The translations under genes and the position numbers were made by a program. A DNA stretch of 64,000 bases from Candidatus Amesbacteria bacterium (GTDB lineage: Bacteria > Patescibacteriota > Microgenomatia > CAZETR01 > Amesbacteraceae): contig CAVTQH010000002.1 in NCBI GenBank assembly GCA_963736875.1, positions 69,294 through 133,293 on the forward strand, in the 5' to 3' direction. The notes under the pieces are model-generated. The model did no database searches, had not been told where the DNA came from, and saw only the letters and a list, made by a program, of their open reading frames with translations. Each line of letters starts with the position of its first letter. The first letter of the stretch is position 1. Of this stretch, positions 1 to 9,864 are shown piece after piece.

Positions 1-501
1 ATGGGTTTTACCCACCCCTACACCCCCCCAGATAAACAACGGGTTATAAGTGTTTCCCGGCTTTTTAGCTACCGCCTGGGCCGCTGCATAGGCCATTTGA
101 TTACTTGACCCGACTGCGTAATTTTCAAAAGTATAATCTTCCCGGATATTGGCTTTTTTACAGTCGAACACGTAAGAATCGGTTTTTTTATTCTCAAACA
201 GCGGCCCGCTGATTATTTCCCCCCCATTTCTTTTAACCTGAATTCTAAATACGATTTCACACTTCTGTCCCAGAATTCTCCCGGCCTCGAGGCTGAGCTG
301 TCCCCAAAACCTTTGCTCTAAAGTATTTTTAATAAATGACGAATTGCAGCCTACCTCACATATCTTTCTCCCGTCTGCCTCCTTCAGTTCCAGTAACTGC
401 GTATTTTTCAGATAGGTATTAAAAGATCCCTCAGACACATCGGTCTTAATTGCTGATAATACCGCTCCCCAAATTTTTTCTTTATCAAAATCAATATTCA
501 T
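1..501 (-). CDS. dnaA: Chromosomal replication initiator DnaA, N-terminal part (gene runs off the window start)
   Basis: Reverse-strand translation from the ATG at 501..499 gives [19 protein letters not shown]...[15 protein letters not shown], i.e. the DnaA N-terminus plus the AAA+ Walker A motif. Divergent from rpmH, the canonical origin arrangement. Not in the ORF track because it has no stop in the window. Confidence 0.85.
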   Translation of the reverse strand, partial: MNIDFDKEKIWGAVLSAIKTDVSEGSFNTYLKNTQLLELKEADGRKICEVGCNSSFIKNTLEQRFWGQLSLEAGRILGQKCEIVFRIQVKRNGGEIISGPLFENKKTDSYVFDCKKANIREDYTFENYAVGSSNQMAYAAAQAVAKKPGNTYNPLFIWGGVGVGKTH

Positions 502-616
502 ATTGTGGACATCTTCAAGTTAATATTTATCACCGATAGCTGTTTAGTCCTTTCTATATATCAGTTATCCACAACGAGTCAAGATCCAAAATGTATTGTA
601 TAATCTTTCCATGTCC
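502..616. other. Putative oriC / dnaA-rpmH intergenic region with DnaA boxes
   Basis: AT-rich 115 nt spacer between divergent dnaA and rpmH. Perfect DnaA box TTATCCACA at 565..573, a 7/9 reverse-oriented box TGTGGACAT at 503..511, weaker 6/9 matches at 534..542 and 582..590. Extended -10 TGTATAAT at 596..603 just upstream of rpmH. Confidence 0.5.
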
Positions 617-751
617 ATGAAGCATACTTATCAGCCTAAGAAAATCAAACGTGTCAGAAAACACGGTTTCAGATCCCGCATGTCTACCCGCACCGGCAGA
701 AAGGTTCTTAAAAACCGAAGGCTGGTAAAACGCCGCCGTCTTTCTGTTTAG
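617..751 (+). CDS. rpmH: 50S ribosomal protein L34
   Basis: 44-aa [47 protein letters not shown], a textbook L34 sequence. Below the 60-aa cutoff of the ORF track. Immediately upstream of rnpA. Confidence 0.9.
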   Translation: MKHTYQPKKIKRVRKHGFRSRMSTRTGRKVLKNRRLVKRRRLSV

Positions 752-754
752 TTC

Positions 755-1090
755 ATGCTCCCTAAAAAACATCGTCTTTCCCGTAAGGACTTTTTGTCCG
801 CCAAGCTCCGCGGTAAGTCCTTCTCCGCCCCTCATTTTACAGCTCTTGTTTACAAGAGCGGTATCAGCAACCGGCGGTTGACCAGGACCTCCGTAGTCAT
901 CAGCACGAAGATTCATAAAAATGCCACTGTCCGCAACCGTCTCCGGCGTCAGATTTACGAGGTGTTTCGGTTAAATATATTAAACAAAAATGCAGATATA
1001 ATTATATTCCCGAAACCCGGTATGCTAAATTTAAATCATGAAAATATTTCTGCTGAGCTTAATACGTTTTTATCAAAAATATCTGCCTAA
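755..1090 (+). CDS. rnpA: Ribonuclease P protein component
   Basis: 111 aa, basic. Carries the RnpA-type RNR motif region ([10 protein letters not shown]). Conserved position rpmH-rnpA-yidD-yidC. Confidence 0.85.
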   Translation: MLPKKHRLSRKDFLSAKLRGKSFSAPHFTALVYKSGISNRRLTRTSVVISTKIHKNATVRNRLRRQIYEVFRLNILNKNADIIIFPKPGMLNLNHENISAELNTFLSKISA

Positions 1091-1244
1091 ACCCGCCCAA
1101 GGTTGCAGGTTTACCCCCACCTGTTCCCGGTACTTCTACCAAGCTATTGAAAAATATGGTATTCTTCACGGCAGTGTCCTTGGGCTGCGAAGGATTCTCC
1201 GTTGTCACCCTGGGTCTGTGGGCGGTTTAGATCCACTGAAATAA
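1038..1244 (+). CDS. yidD: Membrane protein insertion efficiency factor YidD
   Basis: 68 aa with the YidD hallmark (YQKYLSP...[10 protein letters not shown]...HG...[10 protein letters not shown]). Overlaps the rnpA 3' end as is typical. Confidence 0.85.
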   Translation: MKIFLLSLIRFYQKYLPKPAQGCRFTPTCSRYFYQAIEKYGILHGSVLGLRRILRCHPGSVGGLDPLK

Positions 1245-1248
1245 ATTT

Positions 1249-2079
1249 ATGAATATTTGGAATCTTGTTCTGTTTCACCCCCTGCTTAATACCCTGGTAT
1301 GGTTATACAAACTTACCGGGAATTTGGGCTGGTCGATAGTATTAATGACCCTGGGCTTGCGTCTTTTAATGAATCCGTTAATTGTTCCCAGTTTAAAAAT
1401 TACCAAAAAAATTCAGGAACTGGCTCCGGAGCTGGCCAAACTGAAAGAGGAATACAAAAACAACAAACAGGGTTTGATCACCGCCCAGGCTGAACTATAC
1501 AAAAAACACGGTGCAAATCCCGCCAGTGGTTGTCTTCCCCAAATAGTTCAGTTGGTGGTCCTTATAGCCCTGTTTTCAGTTTTCAATCTGATTCTCAAAG
1601 TCGAAGACACACCCATCAGCCAGCGTCTCAACCCCTCTCTTTACTCATTTAACCAGCTTTCCCCGGATTTTAAGATTTCTCCCGACTTTTTGTATCTTAA
1701 CCTGACCAAACCTGACACTTTTAAAGTCCCCGGTTTACCGTTTGCACTACCCGGCCTCTTTCTGGTTCTGTCAGCTTTAACCCAGCTTTTCAGCTCCAAA
1801 ATGATGTCTCCGGTAATCTCAGCCGAGAAAAAAATTGCCCAGAAAACGGAAAACTCTTCCGACGACACCATGGTTCAGGTTCAGCAGCAGATGCTTATCA
1901 TGTTTCCCATTATGACTCTGATTATCGGATACAATTTTCCTTCAGGTCTGGTGGTTTATTGGTTTATCTTTTCTCTGGCCAGTATGTACCAGCAATATTC
2001 CATTTCAGGCTGGGGAGGAATGACCCCTTGGCTGAAAAAATTGAATTTGTTAAAATCTCCCTCTCATGAATCATCTTAA
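1249..2079 (+). CDS. yidC: Membrane protein insertase YidC/Oxa1 family (short Gram-positive/CPR type)
   Basis: 276 aa polytopic protein. Lysine-rich coiled-coil loop after TM1 and a conserved C-terminal hydrophobic core (GLVVYWFIFSLAS). Gene order supports the call. Confidence 0.85.
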   Translation: MNIWNLVLFHPLLNTLVWLYKLTGNLGWSIVLMTLGLRLLMNPLIVPSLKITKKIQELAPELAKLKEEYKNNKQGLITAQAELYKKHGANPASGCLPQIVQLVVLIALFSVFNLILKVEDTPISQRLNPSLYSFNQLSPDFKISPDFLYLNLTKPDTFKVPGLPFALPGLFLVLSALTQLFSSKMMSPVISAEKKIAQKTENSSDDTMVQVQQQMLIMFPIMTLIIGYNFPSGLVVYWFIFSLASMYQQYSISGWGGMTPWLKKLNLLKSPSHESS

Positions 2080-2527
2080 GAGTGTGAACTCGGTCACAAA
2101 AAATCTTGTCAGCCAGCTCGGCTTCTCCGATACTGTCACTCTTGAAACAAAATATGAAAAGGACAGTGATATTTACCAGATATTATTAAAAACCGAGTCT
2201 CCCTCTCTTTTAATTGGGTATCACGGCGAAAACCTCTCATCCATGCAGCTTCTCCTCTCCCAACACCTGCATACCGAAACCGGACAATGGCTGAACCTCT
2301 CCTTAAACGTAAATGATTACCGGGAACGTCGTCAGTTTACTCTCCATTCATTGGCTGATACGGCAGTTTCCCGGGTTTTAGCTACCGGGCAGGCTCACTC
2401 ACTTCCTCCCATGCCGTCTTCCGAGCGGAGAATAGTGCATCTTTACCTTGCCGGTCACCCCCGGGTTACAACGTCTTCCCAGGGTATCGGGAAAAGCAGG
2501 TCAATCATCATCTCCCCCAAGTCCTAG
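2066..2527 (+). CDS. khpB: Jag/KhpB-like RNA-binding protein (KH + R3H domains)
   Basis: KH-like GYHGENLSSMQLLL and an R3H-like SERRIVHLYL motif. Follows yidC as in most bacteria. Confidence 0.7.
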   Translation: MNHLKSVNSVTKNLVSQLGFSDTVTLETKYEKDSDIYQILLKTESPSLLIGYHGENLSSMQLLLSQHLHTETGQWLNLSLNVNDYRERRQFTLHSLADTAVSRVLATGQAHSLPPMPSSERRIVHLYLAGHPRVTTSSQGIGKSRSIIISPKS

Positions 2528-2549
2528 ACAAACATTTATAATCGGTCCA

Positions 2550-3770
2550 GTGCTTAAGGTTGCAGAAAAATTATTACTCTTCCTGCTATTACTGACGTTT
2601 CCCTCACAACTTGCTTATCACTTCTGGCCGCAGTTCAGTTTAATTAATGAATTTAGGGTTGATTATCTTTCCCCCACCGTTTACTTTACAGATCTTCTGA
2701 TCATCAGCCTGCTATTAACTGGTTGGATCAACAGGAGAACTTTTCTGATTAAAAATTTCAAATTATCCGGCAACATCGTTTTAATATTTTTACTGGTTAT
2801 CACCAATATTTTATTCTCAATTTCCCCCCTGTTTTCTTTATATAAATATTTCAGACTGTCGGAATACCTGTATCTGTATTTATATCTGGCAGGCAACATG
2901 AAGATGTTTGTTCCTGGTTTTTCCCGAATCCTCCCGCTTACAATATCCTGGGTCAGTCTTTTAGTCTTTTGGCAGTCATACTTACAGCATTCAGTAGGTG
3001 GTTTATGGTTTTGGCTGGGGGAACGTAATTTAACTCCGGCTATGTTAAACGTGGCCAAGACAACCGTCTTGGGATCTGCGGTTTATTTTCGCCCGTATGC
3101 TACTTTTTCTCATCCCAACGCTTTGGCGGGTTTTCTCTGTGTAGGTTTGTTGATTCTTATTTACTTACTACACAAATCCCGCACAAATAAAAAACTGATT
3201 CTGTTGTCCTTTACCTTGGGGACATGTGCTCTGACACTGACATTTTCCAGATCAGTCATGGCCGTTTTTGCCGTATCAATACTGCTGCTATTTATAAAAA
3301 ATAAGTTAAAGTCGGTAATAATCAGTTTAATTGCTCTCACTATTTTTTTAACTTCCGGAATTTTTAATACGGTTTCTTTCTCCGAAAGATTATTACTATT
3401 TGCCAAAGCTATCCAATTGGTAATAAAAAACCCCTTTTTTGGTATTGGTCTGGGGAACTTTCCTCTCGTACAAAATTCTGATGTATTTTCAAACTTCTTT
3501 CTGAATTTTCAGCCGGTACACAATGTGTATTTGCTGTTAACTACCGAATTAGGAATTCTTCTTATCGGCTTTACAATTTACTTTCTTATTAAGTACTTTT
3601 GTCGTATTTGGCTTAAAATCGAACCCAGCTTAAAATATTCAGCTATGGCAATACTGGTTTTAGGTATGGTTGATCATTACTGGATTACATCTCATCAGAA
3701 TATATTACTAATCGTTTTTCTTTCGGTAATAATTTCTGTAAAATCAGGATCAGATAAGCATGCGGAATAA
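2550..3770 (+). CDS. O-antigen ligase (WaaL/Wzy_C) family polytopic membrane protein
   Basis: About 12 TM helices. Wzy_C-type motifs FSHPNALAGFL and QPVHNVYLLLTTELGILLIG. The ORF-track start at 2448 is a TTG artefact overlapping jag; the first plausible start is the GTG at 2550, which is uncertain. Confidence 0.6.
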   Translation: MLKVAEKLLLFLLLLTFPSQLAYHFWPQFSLINEFRVDYLSPTVYFTDLLIISLLLTGWINRRTFLIKNFKLSGNIVLIFLLVITNILFSISPLFSLYKYFRLSEYLYLYLYLAGNMKMFVPGFSRILPLTISWVSLLVFWQSYLQHSVGGLWFWLGERNLTPAMLNVAKTTVLGSAVYFRPYATFSHPNALAGFLCVGLLILIYLLHKSRTNKKLILLSFTLGTCALTLTFSRSVMAVFAVSILLLFIKNKLKSVIISLIALTIFLTSGIFNTVSFSERLLLFAKAIQLVIKNPFFGIGLGNFPLVQNSDVFSNFFLNFQPVHNVYLLLTTELGILLIGFTIYFLIKYFCRIWLKIEPSLKYSAMAILVLGMVDHYWITSHQNILLIVFLSVIISVKSGSDKHAE

Positions 3771-4188
3771 AATATCCATCTATTGTGACGGAGGCGCCAG
3801 GGGAAATCCCGGACCTGCAGCGTCAGCGTTTGTTGTATATGACAATAAGAACAATCTATTATATGAATATGGTGTTACCATCGGAAACGCGACTAACAAC
3901 CAGGCTGAATATCAGGCGGTAATAAATGCTTTAAACTGGCTAAAGGCTAATGATAATAACTGTAGCGTCATTCTTTATCTTGACTCATTATTGATCGTAA
4001 ACCAGCTTAAAAAGTTATACAAAGTCAAAGACCCTGTTCTTAAACAAAAATTTCAGCTGATATCAGCCATTCTATTAAATGCCGGATTTAAAATCGCTGA
4101 TTATGTTTATATCCCCCGCAATCAAAACAGTCGTGCCGATTTTATGGTAAATCTGGCTTTGGACAATCCTCCACGTTCTTCGCCTTAG
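3760..4188 (+). CDS. rnhA: Ribonuclease HI
   Basis: IYCDGGARGNPGPAASAFVV...NNQAEYQAVINAL...DSLLIVNQL...NSRADFMVN. RNase H type-1 catalytic DEDD residues are all present. Confidence 0.85.
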   Translation: MRNKISIYCDGGARGNPGPAASAFVVYDNKNNLLYEYGVTIGNATNNQAEYQAVINALNWLKANDNNCSVILYLDSLLIVNQLKKLYKVKDPVLKQKFQLISAILLNAGFKIADYVYIPRNQNSRADFMVNLALDNPPRSSP

Positions 4189-4363
4189 TTGTTGTTATCT
4201 CTAAAAAAGGTGTAGATGCGGTTATTTTCATGTTTTTGTAGTACTGACAATAACGTTAAAAGTATGATCTCAGAATAATGTAATAATAGGCATAAAATAT
4301 ATGTAATTACCTATAAGTATGGTTTTGATTGTATTAATTTTCTGATAATTTAGAATTAACACA

Positions 4364-6688
4364 GTGCCAAAATTTCTCCTTAAACCAAATGTCACTTCTT
4401 CGTTAAATACAATTCTTCTATGCGGAGAGGAAAACAGTCTTAGAAATGAGATAGCCGATCAGCTAATTCCGTATAAACACCTCACGGTTTTAGATTCCAC
4501 CGGTAATTCCGGAAATTTGGACTTATTGAAACCTGATGTATTCATTTACTTTATTCCTGCCTTCATCTCCAAAAGTAAAAATCTTAAATATTTTGATGAT
4601 TTGATCTCACAGCTTAAATTGGCTTCTATGCTCCACTCTCTTTATATCCTGGTATTAAATGACAATTCCGTGTACGGCAGACAAACTTTGAAATATGCTC
4701 TCCAAATTGTTAAACAAAAATATCTTACCCTGAAAATCGTAGAAGTTGATCATAGTATACCTTCTAATCTTATGGCCCAATCAATAGTCAGATTATTTAT
4801 ACACGACCATGTATTAAAGGATAATTTGTCTCCCTCAAATAAAATAATTACCGGAAAATTTCAGAGTGAATTACATAAAAATATACCTGTGAAAATTATC
4901 AGTTTAATTACCAAACTTATTGTCAACTCTCTGGCATTATTTATAGGCTATTTTATCAGTATTGTGCTGCAATTATGTGTAATCGGGTTATTAATTAACC
5001 ACGGAACTTATGCCTTTAACAAACATGATTATTCACATAGCTCCCTGCAAATGTATTTTGCTTCTTCTTTTTCCGAAGCTCTTTTATCAAATGTAAATAT
5101 CCTGATACCCGGATATTATATTGAACGCCTTTCAGGGGTACAGTTAAACGAAACTCTTGATGTAATCAACTCCCTCTCAAACCTGACCGGAAACTTATCA
5201 AATACCGGAAATTATGTTTTTAAATTGATCAACTCCTCTTCCGAAGATTCTTTCAATACCAATCTCTCAGACCTTAAAAATGAGATCGCTTTACTTGAAA
5301 GCAATATTATTAACTTTAAATCAGACATTATTTCAATCGATAAATCTGCGGGTAAGCACGGACTCATACCCGACTCAGTAATAAATAATATTTCAAATCT
5401 TAAGGCTGCAATTTCCAAGCTGAATTACTTCATTTCTCAGGCTCCGCAACTTCTGGGATTTGGTAAACCTACTACATACCTATTTCTGCTTCAGGATAAT
5501 TCACGCCTGTTTCCCACGGGAGGTGAAATAGACCTAATAGCCGCCATGTCTCTGGAAGACGGCAAAGCGTCAGACGTCCGGATGTATAAACCCTCTGATT
5601 TGGACCGGATTTTTACAGGAACTTCCGTTCCGCCTTTGGATTATCAGCAGTTTTCGGGTAAATCAACATGGACTTTGTCCCAAATGACATGGAATCCTGA
5701 TTTTAATATAACCGCCGATATCGTAACCAAATACATTACTAAAACTTTGGAAGTGAAACCCGATGTCGTCATTGGTTTAAACCTTTTAACTTTTAATAAT
5801 TTAATTCCCTACCTAAAACATCTCACTTTTTCTCTAAACAATTCTGCTTTTACCTATGACAATTTTATTAATAAACACCGGGAATTTTCAGACAATAAAC
5901 CAGGTGATTCGTTTTTCCGGGAAGTTTTTACTCATATTCAATATCAAACCCCCATTTTTACTTCTGAGAGTTTCAGTAAATTGCTATGGAATATTATTAA
6001 CCAGTCGGATTCAAGGCAATTATTTTTCCAGCCGGTTACAGGCTTGCTTACTCCCGACAATCCCCCCGAATGGAGCGGGAAAATATTTATTCCTAACTGC
6101 CGTTCCCACCCGCCCTGCCTTCAAGGTTATTTATACATGACAGACGCCATGGCATCAGAAAATCCCTCATATTTTGATTTAACCCAAAAAAACACCCTGG
6201 ATATTCAGATTTCAGCCGACGCAGCAGAATACTATCTCAAAACAACCATAATAAATAGGGCAGAGGTAAAAAATACCCAGACTTCGGTTTCCCGTGTTTA
6301 TCGGACAATTTTTCTACCGGTTGATATTTATCTTCTGTCTTCAAAAATTGACGACAAAGAAACCATTCCTGATAAGCCTCAATTTATAAACAATTCTGAT
6401 ATCCGGCAACTGGGCTTCACTATAAACGTGGCTCCGCAGGCAGAATCAACACTGGAAATCAGATATCGGCAGTTATTACCGCAACCCAATAATAAATTCC
6501 GGTTACAGGTTGATATTCCCAACCAGCCGGGTCTTACTAATTCGTCTTTGGATATCAATATTTTCTATCCGCCCTCGTGGTTTTCCACATTATTCCAAAC
6601 CCCCCGGGTTGCCTCACCGGGAACACTCCGCTATAATACCCCCATCTCTCAACCGATCAATCTTGATATTGATTTTTTAAAGCGTTAA
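4364..6688 (+). CDS. Large membrane-anchored protein, DUF4012-like (about 180-aa cytoplasmic N-domain, one TM, large extracytoplasmic domain with coiled coil)
   Basis: 774 aa. Single TM near residue 185. Coiled-coil LSDLKNEIALLESNIINFKSDI. The segment GKPTTYLFLLQDNSRLFPTGGEIDLIAAMSLEDGK resembles the conserved core I recall for DUF4012 (YLxLxQNNAExRxTGG). Family assignment is from memory, not searched. Confidence 0.45.
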   Translation: MPKFLLKPNVTSSLNTILLCGEENSLRNEIADQLIPYKHLTVLDSTGNSGNLDLLKPDVFIYFIPAFISKSKNLKYFDDLISQLKLASMLHSLYILVLNDNSVYGRQTLKYALQIVKQKYLTLKIVEVDHSIPSNLMAQSIVRLFIHDHVLKDNLSPSNKIITGKFQSELHKNIPVKIISLITKLIVNSLALFIGYFISIVLQLCVIGLLINHGTYAFNKHDYSHSSLQMYFASSFSEALLSNVNILIPGYYIERLSGVQLNETLDVINSLSNLTGNLSNTGNYVFKLINSSSEDSFNTNLSDLKNEIALLESNIINFKSDIISIDKSAGKHGLIPDSVINNISNLKAAISKLNYFISQAPQLLGFGKPTTYLFLLQDNSRLFPTGGEIDLIAAMSLEDGKASDVRMYKPSDLDRIFTGTSVPPLDYQQFSGKSTWTLSQMTWNPDFNITADIVTKYITKTLEVKPDVVIGLNLLTFNNLIPYLKHLTFSLNNSAFTYDNFINKHREFSDNKPGDSFFREVFTHIQYQTPIFTSESFSKLLWNIINQSDSRQLFFQPVTGLLTPDNPPEWSGKIFIPNCRSHPPCLQGYLYMTDAMASENPSYFDLTQKNTLDIQISADAAEYYLKTTIINRAEVKNTQTSVSRVYRTIFLPVDIYLLSSKIDDKETIPDKPQFINNSDIRQLGFTINVAPQAESTLEIRYRQLLPQPNNKFRLQVDIPNQPGLTNSSLDINIFYPPSWFSTLFQTPRVASPGTLRYNTPISQPINLDIDFLKR

Positions 6689-6690
6689 CC

Positions 6691-7377
6691 ATGGACAAAT
6701 ACCAACTTACAACTCAAACCCGGAAAATCACCGGCAGAAAGGTTAAATCTCTCAGGCAGGAAGGACAGACCCCGGCCAATGTGTACGGCAAAAAAATAAC
6801 CTCTTTAAACATTCAGATTAATACCAAAGATTTTTCAAAATTATTTTCTAAAGTGGGGGAATCAACCCTGATTTACCTGAAAAATGACTCTGACAAAGAC
6901 CTCCGCCCGGTATTTATTACTGATGTCGTCAAACATCCGGTATCCGGTCAGACTCTGCACGTTACTTTTCACCAGGTTGACCTCAAGGAAAAGGTGACAG
7001 CCCCCGTTCCGGTCAGGCTGACAGGGGAGGCCTCTGCTGAAAAAGAAAAATTGGGTATTTTGGTCCAACAGCTTGATGAACTGGAAATTGAGGCGTTGCC
7101 TACCGACATGCCCGAAAATATTCAGGTAGATATCTCCGGTTTGTCCGAAGTAGGTTCGAATATCAAGATATCCAATCTGAAACTGGATTCAAAATTGCAT
7201 ATTATCACCGACCCCGGTTCGATAATTGTGCAAATCGAAGCTCTTGCCAAAGAAGAGGTGGTAGCTCCTCCTGTTGTCACTGAAGAGGTTGTAGTGCCTG
7301 AAGCTGAAGCGGCTGCTCCCGAAGGCGAAGTCACCCCGGTCAAAACCCAACCAGAAACCAAAGAAGACAAAAAATAA
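6691..7377 (+). CDS. rplY: 50S ribosomal protein L25 / general stress protein Ctc (long form)
   Basis: N-terminal L25 beta-barrel (RKITGRKVKSLRQEGQTPANVYGK...) followed by a C-terminal acidic/Pro-rich extension typical of the Ctc form. Confidence 0.8.
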   Translation: MDKYQLTTQTRKITGRKVKSLRQEGQTPANVYGKKITSLNIQINTKDFSKLFSKVGESTLIYLKNDSDKDLRPVFITDVVKHPVSGQTLHVTFHQVDLKEKVTAPVPVRLTGEASAEKEKLGILVQQLDELEIEALPTDMPENIQVDISGLSEVGSNIKISNLKLDSKLHIITDPGSIIVQIEALAKEEVVAPPVVTEEVVVPEAEAAAPEGEVTPVKTQPETKEDKK

Positions 7378-7401
7378 TCTTCCTGCTGTATACTTTAAGA
7401 A

Positions 7402-7791
7402 GTGGACCACAAAATCATAGGTTTTCTGCTGCTTCTTTCCGGTGTTGTTCTCATAGTTTTATCGACCCTGAATATATATCTGGTTTTTACAGGTAAAACT
7501 CCGGCAATCAGCCTGTTTTCAACAGGTGGTATATCTCTGGACCTCAAACAATTTCTCGGCCCCGGCGTAAATCCGGCTCTGGACCTGGCCAAATCAGAAT
7601 CCGGTGGTCAACTGGAATTATTGTCTGCGGATTCCCTGAACAAACTTTTTAACCTTACTTTTCACATGGTTTTAATGAGTTTTATTTCCTCCGCCGGTTT
7701 TCGCCTGGCCACTTTGGGTAACCAATTGCTTCGGACGATAGAAGTTAAAGTTAATTCTCTGGAGTCTAAACCTCAGGCCACTTTGAAGTAA
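7402..7791 (+). CDS. Small hypothetical membrane protein
   Basis: 129-aa ORF from a GTG. N-terminal TM helix. No recognisable family. Convergent with valS, overlapping it by 26 nt. Confidence 0.3.
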   Translation: MDHKIIGFLLLLSGVVLIVLSTLNIYLVFTGKTPAISLFSTGGISLDLKQFLGPGVNPALDLAKSESGGQLELLSADSLNKLFNLTFHMVLMSFISSAGFRLATLGNQLLRTIEVKVNSLESKPQATLK

Positions 7792-9847
7792 TCAACATCT
7801 CCGACCACATCCCCATTTTCGGCTCTTTTCTCAGTTCCTGCCACACCGCTTCAGTCACAAACGGCATAAATGGATGCAGCAGCTTCAAAAAAGTAATCAG
7901 CCCGTGAACCAAATCAGCTTTAGAAAGCTCTCCCTTTTTGGCTTTTTCGATGCACTCGTCGCAATACCAGTGCCAAAATTTTTCATACAGATAATCTGCG
8001 GCATAATTTAGTTTAAATTCATCTAAATTCTTGGTCACGCTTTTAATAATCCTGCCTATCTCATCACTGAATTTATCCGACTTTACACCCATATCTCCGC
8101 TTATCGAAGTTATAAACCTTGCGGCATTCCAAATTTTATTGGTGAAGTATTTCTGTCCGCGGATATTGTCTTCCGAAAGAGCAATGTCGTTTTCTACCAA
8201 AGCTCCCCAGACCAAAGACATCCTCAAAGCATCGGCTCCGTACTTTTCGATCATTTCCAGAGGGTTTATGGCGTTACCCTTTGATTTGGAAATTTTTTGC
8301 CCGCTTTTATCCCTCACCAAACCATGAATTAATATGTTTTCAAAAGGAACTTTTCCGGTTACATAAATTCCCAACATCATCATTCGCATCACCCAGAAGG
8401 GGAGTATGTCATATGCCGTTTCCATGATTGACGTGGGGTAAAATCTGTCAAAATCTCCGGGTTTGGTTGTTTGCAGGGTGGCAAATGGCCATTGACCTGA
8501 AGAGAACCAGGTGTCAAACGTATCTTTGTCCCTTTCAACATTCTTGCTTCCGCAGTATTTGCACTTTTCCGGAATTTCACCGGCTGTAATAGTCCATTTT
8601 TTACAATCTCTGCAATACCAGGCCGGAATTTGAATACCCCAGACTATCTGCCGGCTGATATTCCAATCTCTCAGATTATCCAGCCAGTGGTTATATATTT
8701 TTTCAAATTTTTCCGCCGCAAATTTTGTGTGTCCTTTTTCTACCGCCGCTTTTGCCTTGGCGGCCAGGTCCTTTACTTTAATAAACCATTGCTGATAGGG
8801 GAGAGGCTCAATCACCGTCTTGCACCTATAGCACAATCCGATTACATGCTGGTAATTCTCATCAATCTTGACCATCATACCGGCGGCCTTGAGATCTTCG
8901 ACTATGGTATTTCTGGCTTCAGCCACTCTTAATCCTTGGTATTTGCCGCACTTTTCATTTAATCTTCCGTCATAATCAATAACCTGCTTCATTTCCAGGT
9001 GGTGCTTTTTCCCTATCTCATAATCATTAAAATCATGTGACGGGGTAATCTTGACCACCCCGGTACCAAACTCCATATCAACACTCTCATCTGCTATCAC
9101 TTTTACCTTAAATTTTCCGATTAATCCTTTAACTTCAATTTCCTGACCGATATACTGTTTATACCTTTTATCCTGAGGATGAACGGCTACCGCAGTATCA
9201 CCGAATTTGGTTTCAGGCCTGGTAGTAGCCAAAGTAAAAGGACCATATTTCATATAATAAAGGGGATCGGTTCTTTCCAAATGATCTACCTCCAGATCCG
9301 AATACGCCGTACCGCATTTGGTGCAGTAATTGACTAATTTTTCATCCCGATACAACAGGTTATCATCATCCAGTTTTTTAAACGTTTTTAAGACTATTCC
9401 TACAATATCCGGATCCAGCGTAAATTTATTTCTGCTCCAATCACAGCTTGCTCCCAGTCTCCGCAGTTGATTTTCCATATTCAGCTTGTTTTTTTGTACA
9501 TAATTCCAAATCATGTCGTATAAAACATCCCGCGTAAAATCAAAACGGCTTTTTCCTTCTCCTTTTAGTTTTTTTTCAAATACAAACTGAGTCTCGATTC
9601 CGGCATGGTCGGCTCCGGGCAGCCACAGTACAGACTCTTCCTTCATCCGATGGTAACGAATCAAAACATCCTCAATTGTTACAAACCTCGCGTGCCCGAT
9701 ATGCAAATCATCGTTAGAATTAGGGGGAGGCATGATGATTGTAAAAGGTTTGCCTTCTTTATTCGTCTTTCGGCTGAAAAGACCCGCTTTTTTCCCAGAG
9801 TTTATAAATTTCACCCTCGTATTTTTGTGATCGTAAGCCTTATCCAT
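7766..9847 (-). CDS. valS: Valine--tRNA ligase (short form lacking the C-terminal coiled-coil)
   Basis: Class I aaRS with HIGH (NDDLHIGHA) and KMSKS (KISKSKGN) motifs. ValRS-specific TTRPETKFGDTAVAVHP motif. 693 aa. Confidence 0.9.
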   Translation of the reverse strand: MDKAYDHKNTRVKFINSGKKAGLFSRKTNKEGKPFTIIMPPPNSNDDLHIGHARFVTIEDVLIRYHRMKEESVLWLPGADHAGIETQFVFEKKLKGEGKSRFDFTRDVLYDMIWNYVQKNKLNMENQLRRLGASCDWSRNKFTLDPDIVGIVLKTFKKLDDDNLLYRDEKLVNYCTKCGTAYSDLEVDHLERTDPLYYMKYGPFTLATTRPETKFGDTAVAVHPQDKRYKQYIGQEIEVKGLIGKFKVKVIADESVDMEFGTGVVKITPSHDFNDYEIGKKHHLEMKQVIDYDGRLNEKCGKYQGLRVAEARNTIVEDLKAAGMMVKIDENYQHVIGLCYRCKTVIEPLPYQQWFIKVKDLAAKAKAAVEKGHTKFAAEKFEKIYNHWLDNLRDWNISRQIVWGIQIPAWYCRDCKKWTITAGEIPEKCKYCGSKNVERDKDTFDTWFSSGQWPFATLQTTKPGDFDRFYPTSIMETAYDILPFWVMRMMMLGIYVTGKVPFENILIHGLVRDKSGQKISKSKGNAINPLEMIEKYGADALRMSLVWGALVENDIALSEDNIRGQKYFTNKIWNAARFITSISGDMGVKSDKFSDEIGRIIKSVTKNLDEFKLNYAADYLYEKFWHWYCDECIEKAKKGELSKADLVHGLITFLKLLHPFMPFVTEAVWQELRKEPKMGMWSEMLITSKWPEV

Positions 9848-9864
9848 GTGCCTATTTTACCTCA

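Noticed and set aside
2448-2549. ORF-track start of the O-antigen-ligase-like gene at 2448
   Set aside because: Position 2448 is a TTG inside the jag coding region (the ORF caller reports longest ORFs from alternative starts); the first plausible start is the GTG at 2550.
4189-4363. Sigma-70-like promoter in the AT-rich spacer before the DUF4012-like gene (TTGACA at 4242..4247 with TATGAT downstream)
   Set aside because: The spacing between the candidate -35 and -10 is only about 13 nt, and alternative hexamers have similarly poor spacing; it is too ambiguous to call.
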